NCBI GenBank assembly: GCA_021158525.1
Contig: JAGGUL010000031.1
Span: 6,955-70,954, forward strand
Direction of reading: 5' to 3'
Length of the DNA: 64,000 bases
Source of the DNA: Candidatus Hydrothermota bacterium
Lineage (GTDB): Bacteria > Hydrothermota > Hydrothermia > B15-G9 > DRBW01
Shown: in pieces, positions 19,394 to 29,012 of the stretch
Layout of the letters: each line of letters starts with the position of its first letter
How positions within the stretch are numbered: position 1 is the stretch's first letter
Position numbers and translations under genes: made by a program
The notes under the pieces: generated by a model
The model's input: only the letters and a program-made list of their open reading frames with translations
What the model was told of the DNA's origin: nothing
The model's database searches: none

Positions 19394-20601
19394 AGTTTGT
19401 CTACCTCCAATAACGCACTCTGTACAGGATTGATACTTCCAGTTCTGAGAAATTTACTACCATAATAGAAAAATTCAAAAATGAAGGGATATAAATCATC
19501 TTTCCAGAAATCATCGTATATGTCGTTTTTAAATTTAAAAAAGTTAAAAATGGCGCGAAATGGATTAAGTGTGTGTTTAATCTCATCAATCACAGCTAAA
19601 ATATCTCCTAAAATCCACCTGGCTTTTACCCCAGTTTTATACTGCAACAAAGGATGAACGTCACCCTCAGCGGCGATCTTATAAAGAAAATAGGGAAAAT
19701 CAACGCCTGAAGCAACAGGTAATGCTAAAGAACCCCAGAAACGTGGGTTAACTTCTATAAGCCAAGCTTTTTTTTGGGCTTCATTATATTTAAACTCCAC
19801 CATTGCCACACCATGCCACTGTAGTGATTCAAGTAAATTAATCGCATATTTCTCAATAATCGGGTTCCTAGTTCCTACTCTCAATGTACTTGTTCCACCT
19901 GTGAAAATCTTTTCCCTCAATCGCTTATGGGTAAAAATTGCTCTTAACTCTCCCTTGTTAAAAAGAAGTGAAACACCATAGCCTGAACCAGCTACATATT
20001 CCTGAAGTATGGGGGGAACTACTGCATCTCTCTTGCCCATTTTGATTCTCCTTAATATTCCCAAAGCTTCTTCTTTAGAATGAGCATAAAAAACGCCTTT
20101 TGCGCTGTTGGTGTTAATTTGCTTGATTACAAGCGGATATCCGCAATTTTCCAGCAACTCCTCTGCTTCATAAAAGTCCTTAGGCATAAAAGTCTTAGGA
20201 ACAGGAATCCCCAAACTTTCCGCATACTTAATAACGCTGTCTTTTCTGTGAACCTTTAGAAGTTTATCAAAATCGGCTATCGGAACAATTATATCTGATT
20301 CTTTAAACAAATCAATAAATCTCGCTGCGACAAAAAGTTCCTCATGAACAGGCAAATAAATTCCGATCTTATTCTTTTTGCAATAATCTATAATTGAAAC
20401 AACAAATCCTCTCGGGTCCTCATAAAACGACGGGTACTTGATAAATCCTTTGCAGTACTTCGACATCCTAGACATAGCTATTGGAGAGCTATCACCAATA
20501 TATACATAAATTCCCTTTGTTGCCAAACTCCTTAAAATTATGTATGCAATCCTATTCCATCCGTAAGTCACAAGGACTTTTTTCCTATCCATTTTATTCA
20601 T
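19390..20601 (-). CDS. ATP-grasp domain protein (carboxylate-amine ligase-like) within the polysaccharide locus
   Basis: 403 aa with an ATP-grasp fold pattern (PLVIKQINTNSAKGVFYAHSKEEA ... MVEFKYNEAQKKAWLIEVNPRF). The coding sequence is AT-rich. Confidence 0.6.
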   Translation of the reverse strand: MNKMDRKKVLVTYGWNRIAYIILRSLATKGIYVYIGDSSPIAMSRMSKYCKGFIKYPSFYEDPRGFVVSIIDYCKKNKIGIYLPVHEELFVAARFIDLFKESDIIVPIADFDKLLKVHRKDSVIKYAESLGIPVPKTFMPKDFYEAEELLENCGYPLVIKQINTNSAKGVFYAHSKEEALGILRRIKMGKRDAVVPPILQEYVAGSGYGVSLLFNKGELRAIFTHKRLREKIFTGGTSTLRVGTRNPIIEKYAINLLESLQWHGVAMVEFKYNEAQKKAWLIEVNPRFWGSLALPVASGVDFPYFLYKIAAEGDVHPLLQYKTGVKARWILGDILAVIDEIKHTLNPFRAIFNFFKFKNDIYDDFWKDDLYPFIFEFFYYGSKFLRTGSINPVQSALLEVDKL

Positions 20602-20636
20602 GTTTCCATCGCCTGATTATTTCCCTGTTTTCACAG

Positions 20637-21872
20637 CTATTCAAAAGCATCGGCTTCATCCCTCTCATGCACTATGTTCGTATAACTAACTTCTCCAGGA
20701 TTCTGGAACAGTCGCTTCCTGCATTCGCTATAAAGCCTTTCAAGTTCTCCAAGAATCACATCAACTGAAAATTCTTTCACAACTCTTTTACGCCCAGCTT
20801 CTCCCATTTTTTTTCTTAAACCCGCATCGCCAATAAGGTTCGAAATCGCCTTTTTCAGAGCATGAGAATCTCCCACCGGTACAAGAAATCCGTTAATTCC
20901 GTCTTTTACCAAATCTTTACATCCCGGAGCATCCGTCGTAACAACGGGTTTCTGCATAGACATAGCCTCTAATATTGTCCGAGATAATCCTTCCCGATAG
21001 GATGGTAGCACATAAATATCAGTAATATAAAGAATTTCTCTGATTTCATCTCTCTTTCCCAAGAATCGAAGCTTTTCTGTACTATATTTTCTTATAAAAC
21101 TCTCTGGAATTGTATCAGGGTTGCCCTTATCTCTCCAGCCTACTACAAGGAAACAAACGTCATCGCGTTCTCCCAATATTTTATTCGCAGCTTCAACATA
21201 CTCCTTTATTCCCTTACCCCAATACATCCTAGCAATCATTGTAACAACCTTTTCTTCTCCAGTAAGCCCTAATTCATCTCTGAGTTTTTCGACTTTCTTT
21301 ACATCAACAGAGCTGGAAGAAAAATAGACTGTATCAACTCCTGATCCCCTGATAAGTCTCAATTTTACCTTCTTATTGCTTACATATTTCGAAAGTAGCT
21401 TAAGATCATCTGTGTTCTGAAAAATGACATAGTCAGCCATATTCAAACTATACCGATAAAAAGCCGTATAAATCCACTTTTTTAACCTTTTTTTATCCGA
21501 TGTACCGCAAGTTGTGTAAACATGCCCGAGGCCGGTTATGGTGTTTATGATGATCGGAATCCCCGCACGACGGCCGGCGAGAGTTCCGTAAAGGTTCGGC
21601 TTGTACGTGAAGGTATGCAGGATATCAAAGTTCTGTTTCTTGAAAATGCGATAAAGTTCGCCTATCGTCCTGGATTCTTTGAGGGGATTGAGGCTCCTCC
21701 TGTCTATCCCGTAGCTGATGACCTGGAAACCATTCCTCCTTAACCTGTCACTGTACTCCCCCTCGGGGACAAGGGCAAACACCTCAAATCCCATCTCCCT
21801 CAACTTTTTCATCCAGGGAAGCCGGAACAGATAGAGGTTCATATCGAGATGTGAGAGAAAGGCGACTCTCAT
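20637..21872 (-). CDS. Glycosyltransferase family 4 (GT-B)
   Basis: C-terminal GT4 motif ILYITDIYVLPSYREGLSRTILEAMSMQKPVVTTDAPG. The 3' half of the gene is AT-rich. Confidence 0.75.
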   Translation of the reverse strand: MRVAFLSHLDMNLYLFRLPWMKKLREMGFEVFALVPEGEYSDRLRRNGFQVISYGIDRRSLNPLKESRTIGELYRIFKKQNFDILHTFTYKPNLYGTLAGRRAGIPIIINTITGLGHVYTTCGTSDKKRLKKWIYTAFYRYSLNMADYVIFQNTDDLKLLSKYVSNKKVKLRLIRGSGVDTVYFSSSSVDVKKVEKLRDELGLTGEEKVVTMIARMYWGKGIKEYVEAANKILGERDDVCFLVVGWRDKGNPDTIPESFIRKYSTEKLRFLGKRDEIREILYITDIYVLPSYREGLSRTILEAMSMQKPVVTTDAPGCKDLVKDGINGFLVPVGDSHALKKAISNLIGDAGLRKKMGEAGRKRVVKEFSVDVILGELERLYSECRKRLFQNPGEVSYTNIVHERDEADAFE

Positions 21873-23011
21873 CGTCTTTCAGCCTCCGTCCTGCTCTCCT
21901 TCCGTAAGAGAAGTTCTCCGTAGAGATCGAGCAGTCTCTGCGCCGTGCTCGATATGGAATAATCCGCTGCGATTTTCATTCTGGCTTTTCTGCCCATCTC
22001 ATCGAGCTCTTCCCGATGTGCAAGGGCATTGAGGATCCTCTCCCGGAGTGCATCGGGATCTCCCGGTTCCACGAGCCAGCCACTAATGCCATCTTCGATA
22101 AGCTCGGGAACGCCCCCGACCCTGGTCGCTATCGCGGGCCTGAAACGTGCCATCGCCTCGAGGAGGACCATCGGAAGGCCCTCCCAGAGAGAGGGCATAA
22201 CCAGGAGGTCAGCGGCATCCATGAGGAGTTCCACATCCCGCCTGAATCCGAGAAAACGGACCGTTGGCTCGAGACCCAGCTCAGCGGCCAGCGCTTTTAG
22301 CCTCTCTTTCAGCGGGCCATCCCCGGCAATCAGACAGAGGAACCGGCCGACCTTCACCCCTGCCAGGGCCCGAATCAGAACGTCGAGGCCCTTCATGGGC
22401 TCCAGCCTGCCCGCGTATAGCAAAAGGAAACCATCGACATCTAATCCGAGCCTCTTCCGCGCCTCAGCCCTGCTCACGGTTTTCTCTGGCAGCTTTACGC
22501 CGTTGGGTATCACCGATGTTTTCCCTTCAAGCCCCGGGATCCAGGCGAGAAGGCCTTCCCTGACGTTCCTGGACACTGCCACGATCCTGTCAAATTTCCT
22601 GTAGACGAAGGCCTCCACGGGCCTCAAAAGCGGGAATTCCCTCCTCCTGTTGTGAACGCTGTGCTCCGTATACACCCACTTCCATCTCTTCCTCGGGACG
22701 GGGAGAAATGCAGCATACCAGCTGGCGGGGAAAAGGTGCACGTGGATGAGATCGTATTCCCTTTCCTCGAGGAGTTTTCTCAACTTCGTAAATCCCGCGA
22801 GGGCATATTTTTTCCTCAGGCCGAGTTCATGTACAGGGATACCGGTCAGCCTGAGCTCCTCGGACAGATACCCCCCATCGTACAGGAGGGCAATCTCCGG
22901 GCGCACGGGAAGACCAGATTCCCTGAAATACTCAACCGTGTTGTACAAAACCCTCTCTGCGCCCCCAGCCCTGAGCGAGTCTATTACGTAGAGGACTCTG
23001 ATATCCCTCAT
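21869..23011 (-). CDS. Glycosyltransferase family 4 (GT-B)
   Basis: EX7E-type motif DLLVMPSLWEGLPMVLLEAMARFRPAIATRVGGVPELIEDGISGWLV. Confidence 0.75.
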   Translation of the reverse strand: MRDIRVLYVIDSLRAGGAERVLYNTVEYFRESGLPVRPEIALLYDGGYLSEELRLTGIPVHELGLRKKYALAGFTKLRKLLEEREYDLIHVHLFPASWYAAFLPVPRKRWKWVYTEHSVHNRRREFPLLRPVEAFVYRKFDRIVAVSRNVREGLLAWIPGLEGKTSVIPNGVKLPEKTVSRAEARKRLGLDVDGFLLLYAGRLEPMKGLDVLIRALAGVKVGRFLCLIAGDGPLKERLKALAAELGLEPTVRFLGFRRDVELLMDAADLLVMPSLWEGLPMVLLEAMARFRPAIATRVGGVPELIEDGISGWLVEPGDPDALRERILNALAHREELDEMGRKARMKIAADYSISSTAQRLLDLYGELLLRKESRTEAERR

Positions 23012-23862
23012 CGGTCCGTTTCCAGGAGGAGCGCCCTGTAGCTCCTCCCCCGGAACAAAGTCCTCCTGAGGAACGTCCTGGCCTCCATGGGGACGAGATA
23101 TCTCACGAGTATCCGAGAGAAGTAAACTGCCGTCTCAGGCGGCATATTGCCTCTCCTCACGTTTTTAATCCAGATCCTGAGAAGATTCATCTCCTGTTGT
23201 CTCTCTCTCTTGAAAGCCACGCTCTCTCTGTTGATCCGATGTTTTACGAGGTAATCGGGCAAATTCGCTGCGTTGTGCCTCCTGAGAAGCCTTATCCAGA
23301 GGTCATAATCCTGAGAATATCTAAAACTCTCGTCATAACCGCCCAGTTCGAGAACGGTTTTCCTTCTGAACATAACCGACGTGTGGAGGAACTGGTTCCC
23401 CCGCAATAACTTCTTTCTTATCAGGGATGGGACAAGGGCTGGCTCCCAGCGGCCGATGATCCTGTCGTCCTCATCGATGATATAGCCTCTCGTGCCGAGA
23501 AGGACTATGTCCGGCCTGTGCCTCATAAAAAGAACCTGCTTTTCAAGCCTATCTGGAAGGGACACGTCGTCAGAATCCTGCCTCGCCACGTATCTGCCCC
23601 TTGCAATTTGCAAGGCCCTGTTCAGCGAACGGGTGAGCCCCAGGTTCTCCCGGTTCCTGAGAACCTTTAGCCTCGCGTCCTTAACCGCATAAACGTCGAG
23701 CACCCTTTTGACGTCATCATCGCTGCTGGCATCGTCCACAACTATAAACTCGAAGTCCTCGAAACTCTGGGAAAGGATACTGGATATCGATGCCTCCAGA
23801 AATGCCGGCGGCGTATTGTATACCGACATGATCACGCTGATTTCAGGCTCTCTCATTCTCAT
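23008..23862 (-). CDS. Glycosyltransferase family 2 (GT-A)
   Basis: ISVIMSVYNT...FEFIVVDDASSDD plus a DSDD motif. The start is probably an internal Met (MRMREPEIS), so the overlap with the upstream gene is short. Confidence 0.7.
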   Translation of the reverse strand: MRMREPEISVIMSVYNTPPAFLEASISSILSQSFEDFEFIVVDDASSDDDVKRVLDVYAVKDARLKVLRNRENLGLTRSLNRALQIARGRYVARQDSDDVSLPDRLEKQVLFMRHRPDIVLLGTRGYIIDEDDRIIGRWEPALVPSLIRKKLLRGNQFLHTSVMFRRKTVLELGGYDESFRYSQDYDLWIRLLRRHNAANLPDYLVKHRINRESVAFKRERQQEMNLLRIWIKNVRRGNMPPETAVYFSRILVRYLVPMEARTFLRRTLFRGRSYRALLLETDR

Positions 23863-25174
23863 ATCTGTTATACAAATTATACAAAATTCCTGCCAGTGAG
23901 AACTGAAGGACGAGCAGGTACCAGAAAACGTATTCACCGGTGCCGAAGGGGCCGGCGTTGTGAAACATCGAATGGGTCAGGTAGGAGACATTTGCGCCCA
24001 GAAGGCCGACGGCGAGAGCGCCGGCAAGGCGCCCTCGCCGTCGGCCAGCCCTGAGCAGAAAACCAAGATGCCTAAATAGCAACACATAGAGGGAAATCAG
24101 AAGCAGAAAGCCCACGATTCCGTTATAAATCCAGGTATTGATGAACTGATTGTGAGCTGTAGTTTGGGTCACGACGAGCGAGGCGAGCTCGGGCCTCGAA
24201 GTTTCGGAGACCGTGCCCGAGGCCACCTCCTGGAATCTCCCGATCCCCACGCCGAGAGGATGGGCGAAGAGCACGTCGGTCGCCGATTGTATCAGGACGA
24301 TCCTCCCCACATCGGTCCTCTCGCCCTCGAGTCTCCTCTGAAACCTCTCGAGCACAAATGGATTGAACTTCAAAAGCAGGTAAACCACGAGGCCCGCTGG
24401 CAGAACGAGAAACACCAGCCTCCTCGTCCATGAGGTTCCCCTGCTCGCATAGAGAACGACGATATGGGCCAGAAAAACCCCGAGGATGGCGCTTCTCATG
24501 AGCGTCATCAGCAAAGCCGTTAATCCGAGAACATAGGCGATTATAAGCCCTCCCCTGAGAAGCGGATTCCTCTCCTCCAGCAGAAGGGCGAAAATGAGGG
24601 GGATTATCGCCGCGAGCTGGTAGGAAAAGGGAACGGAGAAATCGGCGAGACCTCCGACCCTGTAGCTCAATACCCTGCCTCCGGCCTCGAGGTGGAGGGC
24701 CTTCAGCATGGCCGGCTTGATGGACCATCCCAGAGAGGGATCGAGAAGCTGTAGAATGCCCACGACAGAAGAGAAAGCAAGTGTCACAAAGAGAACATAG
24801 ACGAAGATCCTGATCCTGGACTCATCGGCCAGAAAGAATGCAATGCTCAGGAGGAGCAGGGCTCCTCCTATATATCTCGCAAGGATCTTCCTGATGGCCA
24901 CGGACAGGATCTCGCTCTCCTGGTTTACCAGATAATGAGCGAAGTTAATCAGAATGGACCACGCGATGAAGGCCAAAATCAGACCGAGCATGGCCCTCAC
25001 CAGTGGGTCAAATACAAAATCGGGATATCTCTTTCTGATCGTGAGGGTCAAAAGGGCAGTAATAACCAGAAGAATGAGAAGCCAGGACCGCGGCGGCGCC
25101 CCCAAAATATGGGCGTTCGCAAACCACATATCGAAAACAGGCGATAGAAGTGACAGAAGATAGCCCATGGTCAA
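23843..25174 (-). CDS. O-antigen ligase / Wzy-like polysaccharide polymerase (polytopic membrane protein)
   Basis: 443 aa with about 10-12 TM helices and a central periplasmic loop carrying a conserved His/Arg region (TAHNQFINTWIYNG). This is the Wzy_C pattern. Confidence 0.6.
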   Translation of the reverse strand: MTMGYLLSLLSPVFDMWFANAHILGAPPRSWLLILLVITALLTLTIRKRYPDFVFDPLVRAMLGLILAFIAWSILINFAHYLVNQESEILSVAIRKILARYIGGALLLLSIAFFLADESRIRIFVYVLFVTLAFSSVVGILQLLDPSLGWSIKPAMLKALHLEAGGRVLSYRVGGLADFSVPFSYQLAAIIPLIFALLLEERNPLLRGGLIIAYVLGLTALLMTLMRSAILGVFLAHIVVLYASRGTSWTRRLVFLVLPAGLVVYLLLKFNPFVLERFQRRLEGERTDVGRIVLIQSATDVLFAHPLGVGIGRFQEVASGTVSETSRPELASLVVTQTTAHNQFINTWIYNGIVGFLLLISLYVLLFRHLGFLLRAGRRRGRLAGALAVGLLGANVSYLTHSMFHNAGPFGTGEYVFWYLLVLQFSLAGILYNLYNRYENERA

Positions 25175-26298
25175 GATTTTTTCCCTAAAATCTCTCTCAA
25201 TAACTCCGCCTCTTCACTCACGACTCTTTTCAGGGAGAAATTCTCCTCGATAAATTCTCTCGCGCTCCGGCCGAGGCGCGCCCTCAGGGAAGGATTTTCC
25301 ATCAGGTGAATTATGCCCTTCTTTATGCTCTGCGGATCCCTTTCGACAAGCCATCCGTTGTGTCCGTGCCTTATCACCTCTCGGATGCCGGGCACGTTCG
25401 TCCCGAGAACGGCAACGCCACAGGCCATGGCTTCCAGAAGGGCCTTGGGCATACCTTCTGTTAATGAAGGCAACACGAAAAGAGGATATCTATTGATGAT
25501 ACCGGGCAACTCTGAATTTGGGACGCTTCCCATAAATCTGACTTTGGCGCCTATTTTAATCGCGAACTTCCTGAGCTCATCTTCCAGCTCGCCCGTTCCA
25601 AAAAGGTCTAGAGAGTATGGTGTTCCTGAAATAGCTTCAAAAAGTGAAAACAGGTTTTTCATTCCGGTCAATCTCCCCACGAATAAGATTCTATCCTGGT
25701 ATTCATCTCTTTTCAATGGCAGAAATAGCTCAGTATCTACATAATTAGGTATCCACTTTAGCCTATCACTCGAAATGTGGTATTTTTTCATAACATAGAC
25801 TCTATCAGCCTGGCTCGTAACTGAAGCTTTCCTCGAAAATTTAAATGCTACCCATTCGAAAAAAGGCGAAAATTTCTCAAGGATAGACTTCCCTCCTATC
25901 TCCCTCGTGATTAAGCTCCAGGTGTAACCGGTCCTGACATAGAGAGGCTTCCCGTAAAGCATTGAGGCGAGAATCCCGGTCCAGCTGCTTTTCATCTGGT
26001 TCGTCTTTATCACATCGGCTTCTTTGAAGTAGCGAGCCCTCAGAATGGGCATGAGGAGAGAATATAGAAAGGTGAAGAGCTTTCTCTTAAAGATAGCCGG
26101 CTTCGGGATCACTTTGATCCTTCTATCGAGTTCCTCTCCGAAGTCCAGGTCATTAGCTCCGTAGGTGAGCCAGAAAACCTCTTCAACATGTCCGGAAGAG
26201 AGCAATTCCTCGTAGAGCCTTTTTTCCCTGTCCAAAAGCCCTTTCTTTACCCAGGTTTCCAGGCTTACTCCATAAGTGAAGAGAAGGAGCAGCTTCAA
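25171..26298 (-). CDS. Glycosyltransferase family 4 (GT-B)
   Basis: C-terminal motif FVLPSLTEGMPKALLEAMACGVAVLGTNVPGIREVIRHGHNGWLV. Confidence 0.7.
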   Translation of the reverse strand: MKLLLLFTYGVSLETWVKKGLLDREKRLYEELLSSGHVEEVFWLTYGANDLDFGEELDRRIKVIPKPAIFKRKLFTFLYSLLMPILRARYFKEADVIKTNQMKSSWTGILASMLYGKPLYVRTGYTWSLITREIGGKSILEKFSPFFEWVAFKFSRKASVTSQADRVYVMKKYHISSDRLKWIPNYVDTELFLPLKRDEYQDRILFVGRLTGMKNLFSLFEAISGTPYSLDLFGTGELEDELRKFAIKIGAKVRFMGSVPNSELPGIINRYPLFVLPSLTEGMPKALLEAMACGVAVLGTNVPGIREVIRHGHNGWLVERDPQSIKKGIIHLMENPSLRARLGRSAREFIEENFSLKRVVSEEAELLREILGKKS

Positions 26299-27632
26299 GA
26301 GACACCTCCTCTGCGGAATATGCCCTCCAGAAGCAAACCCAGGTCTTTCCAGCTAAAACTGAAAACCTCGGTGGCCCTGAGGCCCCCGCTCTTGAGAAAA
26401 AACAGGCCTCCCAGCAAGGCGTCCACCACGTAGGAAACGAGCGATGCGAGGGCAGCCCCCCTGATCCCATAGGCCGGTATCCAGAATAAGTTCAGAAGGA
26501 TGTTGAGGGCCAGAGCTGCTCCATGAGTGAGAATGTTCACCTTCAGAAGCCCCGTGCTTCTGAAGTATTCATCGAGCAGGTTTCTGAAAGTGAAGACATA
26601 AGTAGCCACCATCAGTATTCTGAAAGGACCTATTGAGGGAGAAAACCTCGGGGAATAGAAGAATTTGATGATCGGCGATGCAAATATCAGGAGAATGAGG
26701 CTCAGGGGCAAAACTGCCAACATCGTCGTTCTCAGAACTCGGGCCGCGACTCTCGCCTTCTCTTCGCCATACAGACGGCTAAGCGTCGGGAGCAGAACAG
26801 CCGAGACCGATGCCGAAACGAGCCATATATTCTGGGCAAGGCCGACGCTGACGGAATAAAAGCCCAATTTTTCGCTTCCTAAAAAATATTTTATCATAAA
26901 CTGATCGGCTTTCAGGACAAAAAACACCAGAAGTATGCCGATTTGATTCAAGATCCCGTATCCGAGAAAAATAGGTACCCAGTTTTTATTCTCTTCCGAA
27001 CTGACCTCATCTCCTCTTTTCTCAACAAGCCCTCTCACCAGGAAGAAAACCCATAGACTTCCAACGAAATTCGCGAATATTCGTGACCCGAGGGCCCAGC
27101 CCACATTGAGGCCCGGGTTGAAAATGAGAGGAAGCAAGAAAAGCAGAAAAAGAAGAGCTATTCCGACCTGCACTATTGAGATATCCCGCATCCGCAGCTC
27201 TGCCTTCAAAAATGCAGCAAACTGCTTTCTGAAGAGTTCCACGGGGACAAGAAACCCGGCTACAATAAGGAAAGATGTCTTAACGTCAGCGAATAGACTG
27301 CCTCGCAGAAAAGCGGCAGCTGCAAGGTATAGGGCCAGAGAAATGAGAACGATAATAAAGTATACGATAAAGGAAGTGCTATAGGCCTTTCGGGCTGATA
27401 GCTTCTTACCTCCGTAAAAATAGACAATGGCATCGGGAATACCAAGTTTCCCGACGATAAATACGCTCGAAGGCAGTAAAATCAAAAGAGAATACAGCCC
27501 TTTGCCCTCAGGGCCAAGCATCCTGGCGATGATTATGCTGCCCGCAAAAGAGAGCAGAAAGCTGAGGGCATTCCCCGAAAAGGCCCACGTGACCCCTCTT
27601 AAAAAGCTTTTTTTCTCCACTTCTTTTCCCAC
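26295..27632 (-). CDS. Wzx-type polysaccharide flippase (MOP superfamily)
   Basis: 445 aa with about 12-14 TM helices and a typical N-terminus (FLRGVTWAFSGNALSFLLSFAGSIIIARMLGPEGKGLYSL). Confidence 0.7.
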   Translation of the reverse strand: MGKEVEKKSFLRGVTWAFSGNALSFLLSFAGSIIIARMLGPEGKGLYSLLILLPSSVFIVGKLGIPDAIVYFYGGKKLSARKAYSTSFIVYFIIVLISLALYLAAAAFLRGSLFADVKTSFLIVAGFLVPVELFRKQFAAFLKAELRMRDISIVQVGIALLFLLFLLPLIFNPGLNVGWALGSRIFANFVGSLWVFFLVRGLVEKRGDEVSSEENKNWVPIFLGYGILNQIGILLVFFVLKADQFMIKYFLGSEKLGFYSVSVGLAQNIWLVSASVSAVLLPTLSRLYGEEKARVAARVLRTTMLAVLPLSLILLIFASPIIKFFYSPRFSPSIGPFRILMVATYVFTFRNLLDEYFRSTGLLKVNILTHGAALALNILLNLFWIPAYGIRGAALASLVSYVVDALLGGLFFLKSGGLRATEVFSFSWKDLGLLLEGIFRRGGVS

Positions 27633-27665
27633 CTGAAAACCGCCTTCGGGAGCAATGGTCTCGAA

Positions 27666-29012
27666 TCAGAGAGAATGAATTTTCTCGTCATAATCATTGA
27701 GGACCAGCCTCAACCTGTCCCTGAAACCTCCGAACAAGAGGCCTATCTCGTGGATGTCAGACAGCCTTGACACGGAGTAACGCAGGACGAGAAGGATACT
27801 GCCGGGAATCCTCAGCATCTCGACCGGAAATCCGGGCGTGAGCATCCCGGGCAGTTCCAACAGGACGAATTCAAACTGAGATGTGAAATGCTCGAGGGCC
27901 GATGCAAGGGCTGTGAAATCTATTGCTCTGCCCTGCCCCGCTGGCAACACACTGAAAGAAAAGCCTTCAGGGGCAGCTATCAGCTCCTTCAGGCTTTCGG
28001 CATCACCCATATCTGAAAGCCCCCTGTTTCCCGAGAGTCCTGTCAGGGCCGTTATCCCTTTCGAGGTCGGGTTCGCATCTATCAGAAGCACCTCATAATT
28101 CGCTGAAAGGTAACGACCCGCACAAAGCGTCAGGAAGGTTTTGCCCTCTTTGCCCCTCGGCCCGGTGAAAGCGAAAAGGCCCCTGCCCATCTCGGTGAAT
28201 TTTTCCAGAAACGGGAAAAGACCCACTGGAGGGAAAGCGGCGTCCGAGGTCCGGAGGGGATCGACACCCTTCAAACGGGGGACTGTTGAGAAAACCTCTA
28301 TTTCGGGGAGCGATTTCTTGGCTGAAAGGGCATCGTTGAGCCTGTCGTCTAAACTGTGCCTCGCAAATACCAGTAGCAGGCCGAGGAAAAAGCCTACAAT
28401 GAGCCCCGCGGCCGTGTTGACGCCCCTCCTCGGTCGGTATTTCCTTTCGGGAGGTACAGCTTTATCCACCACCCTGAGCATGGGCTTCCGAAGAAAAACC
28501 TGCAGCCTTTCGTTTATCTCCTCCGCCTGATTCACCACGAAGTTCGCTATTTGGGCCGCCAGCTCGGGGTCCTTAGATATGGCCTCGACCCTAATTACCC
28601 CCGCATTCTGATCGAAAAATACCCTTAAATCCCGGGAAAATTTCCTGATGACTTTCTCTCTGGAGTCAGCCTCATAGAGGGTATCGAGGCGGAAGTGATC
28701 GATAGCCCTCTCTTTTATCTCCCTGCTCTTCAATATGGCTATAGCCTGAAGGGCATTGCTGGGAACACCTTTCGTAAGCAGTGAGGGGCCTCCGCTTCCA
28801 AAAAGCCCTGCACCCGCGACCTCTGGGGGAAGGGCAGTGAGAGTCGCTTTATAGCTGTTCGGGGTTAAAAAACTCATAATGAGCGCGAGGAGACCCAGCA
28901 AAAGCGTAGGATACAGCCACCACCCTCTGTACCTTACAAAAACCTTCCAGAGGTCTCGGAGGTCATAAGTCCCCGGCCCGATTTCTTTTTCCATTTCCAT
29001 TTTACCTGACAA
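27666..29012 (-). CDS. Wzz/Wzc-like chain-length determinant with a C-terminal P-loop (BY-kinase-like) ATPase domain
   Basis: The N-terminal Wzz-type region has two TM segments flanking a periplasmic domain. The C-terminal part has a Walker A-like FTGPRGKEGKTFLTL and a Walker B-like VLLIDANP. There is no Tyr-rich tail. Confidence 0.6.
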   Translation of the reverse strand: MSGKMEMEKEIGPGTYDLRDLWKVFVRYRGWWLYPTLLLGLLALIMSFLTPNSYKATLTALPPEVAGAGLFGSGGPSLLTKGVPSNALQAIAILKSREIKERAIDHFRLDTLYEADSREKVIRKFSRDLRVFFDQNAGVIRVEAISKDPELAAQIANFVVNQAEEINERLQVFLRKPMLRVVDKAVPPERKYRPRRGVNTAAGLIVGFFLGLLLVFARHSLDDRLNDALSAKKSLPEIEVFSTVPRLKGVDPLRTSDAAFPPVGLFPFLEKFTEMGRGLFAFTGPRGKEGKTFLTLCAGRYLSANYEVLLIDANPTSKGITALTGLSGNRGLSDMGDAESLKELIAAPEGFSFSVLPAGQGRAIDFTALASALEHFTSQFEFVLLELPGMLTPGFPVEMLRIPGSILLVLRYSVSRLSDIHEIGLLFGGFRDRLRLVLNDYDEKIHSL

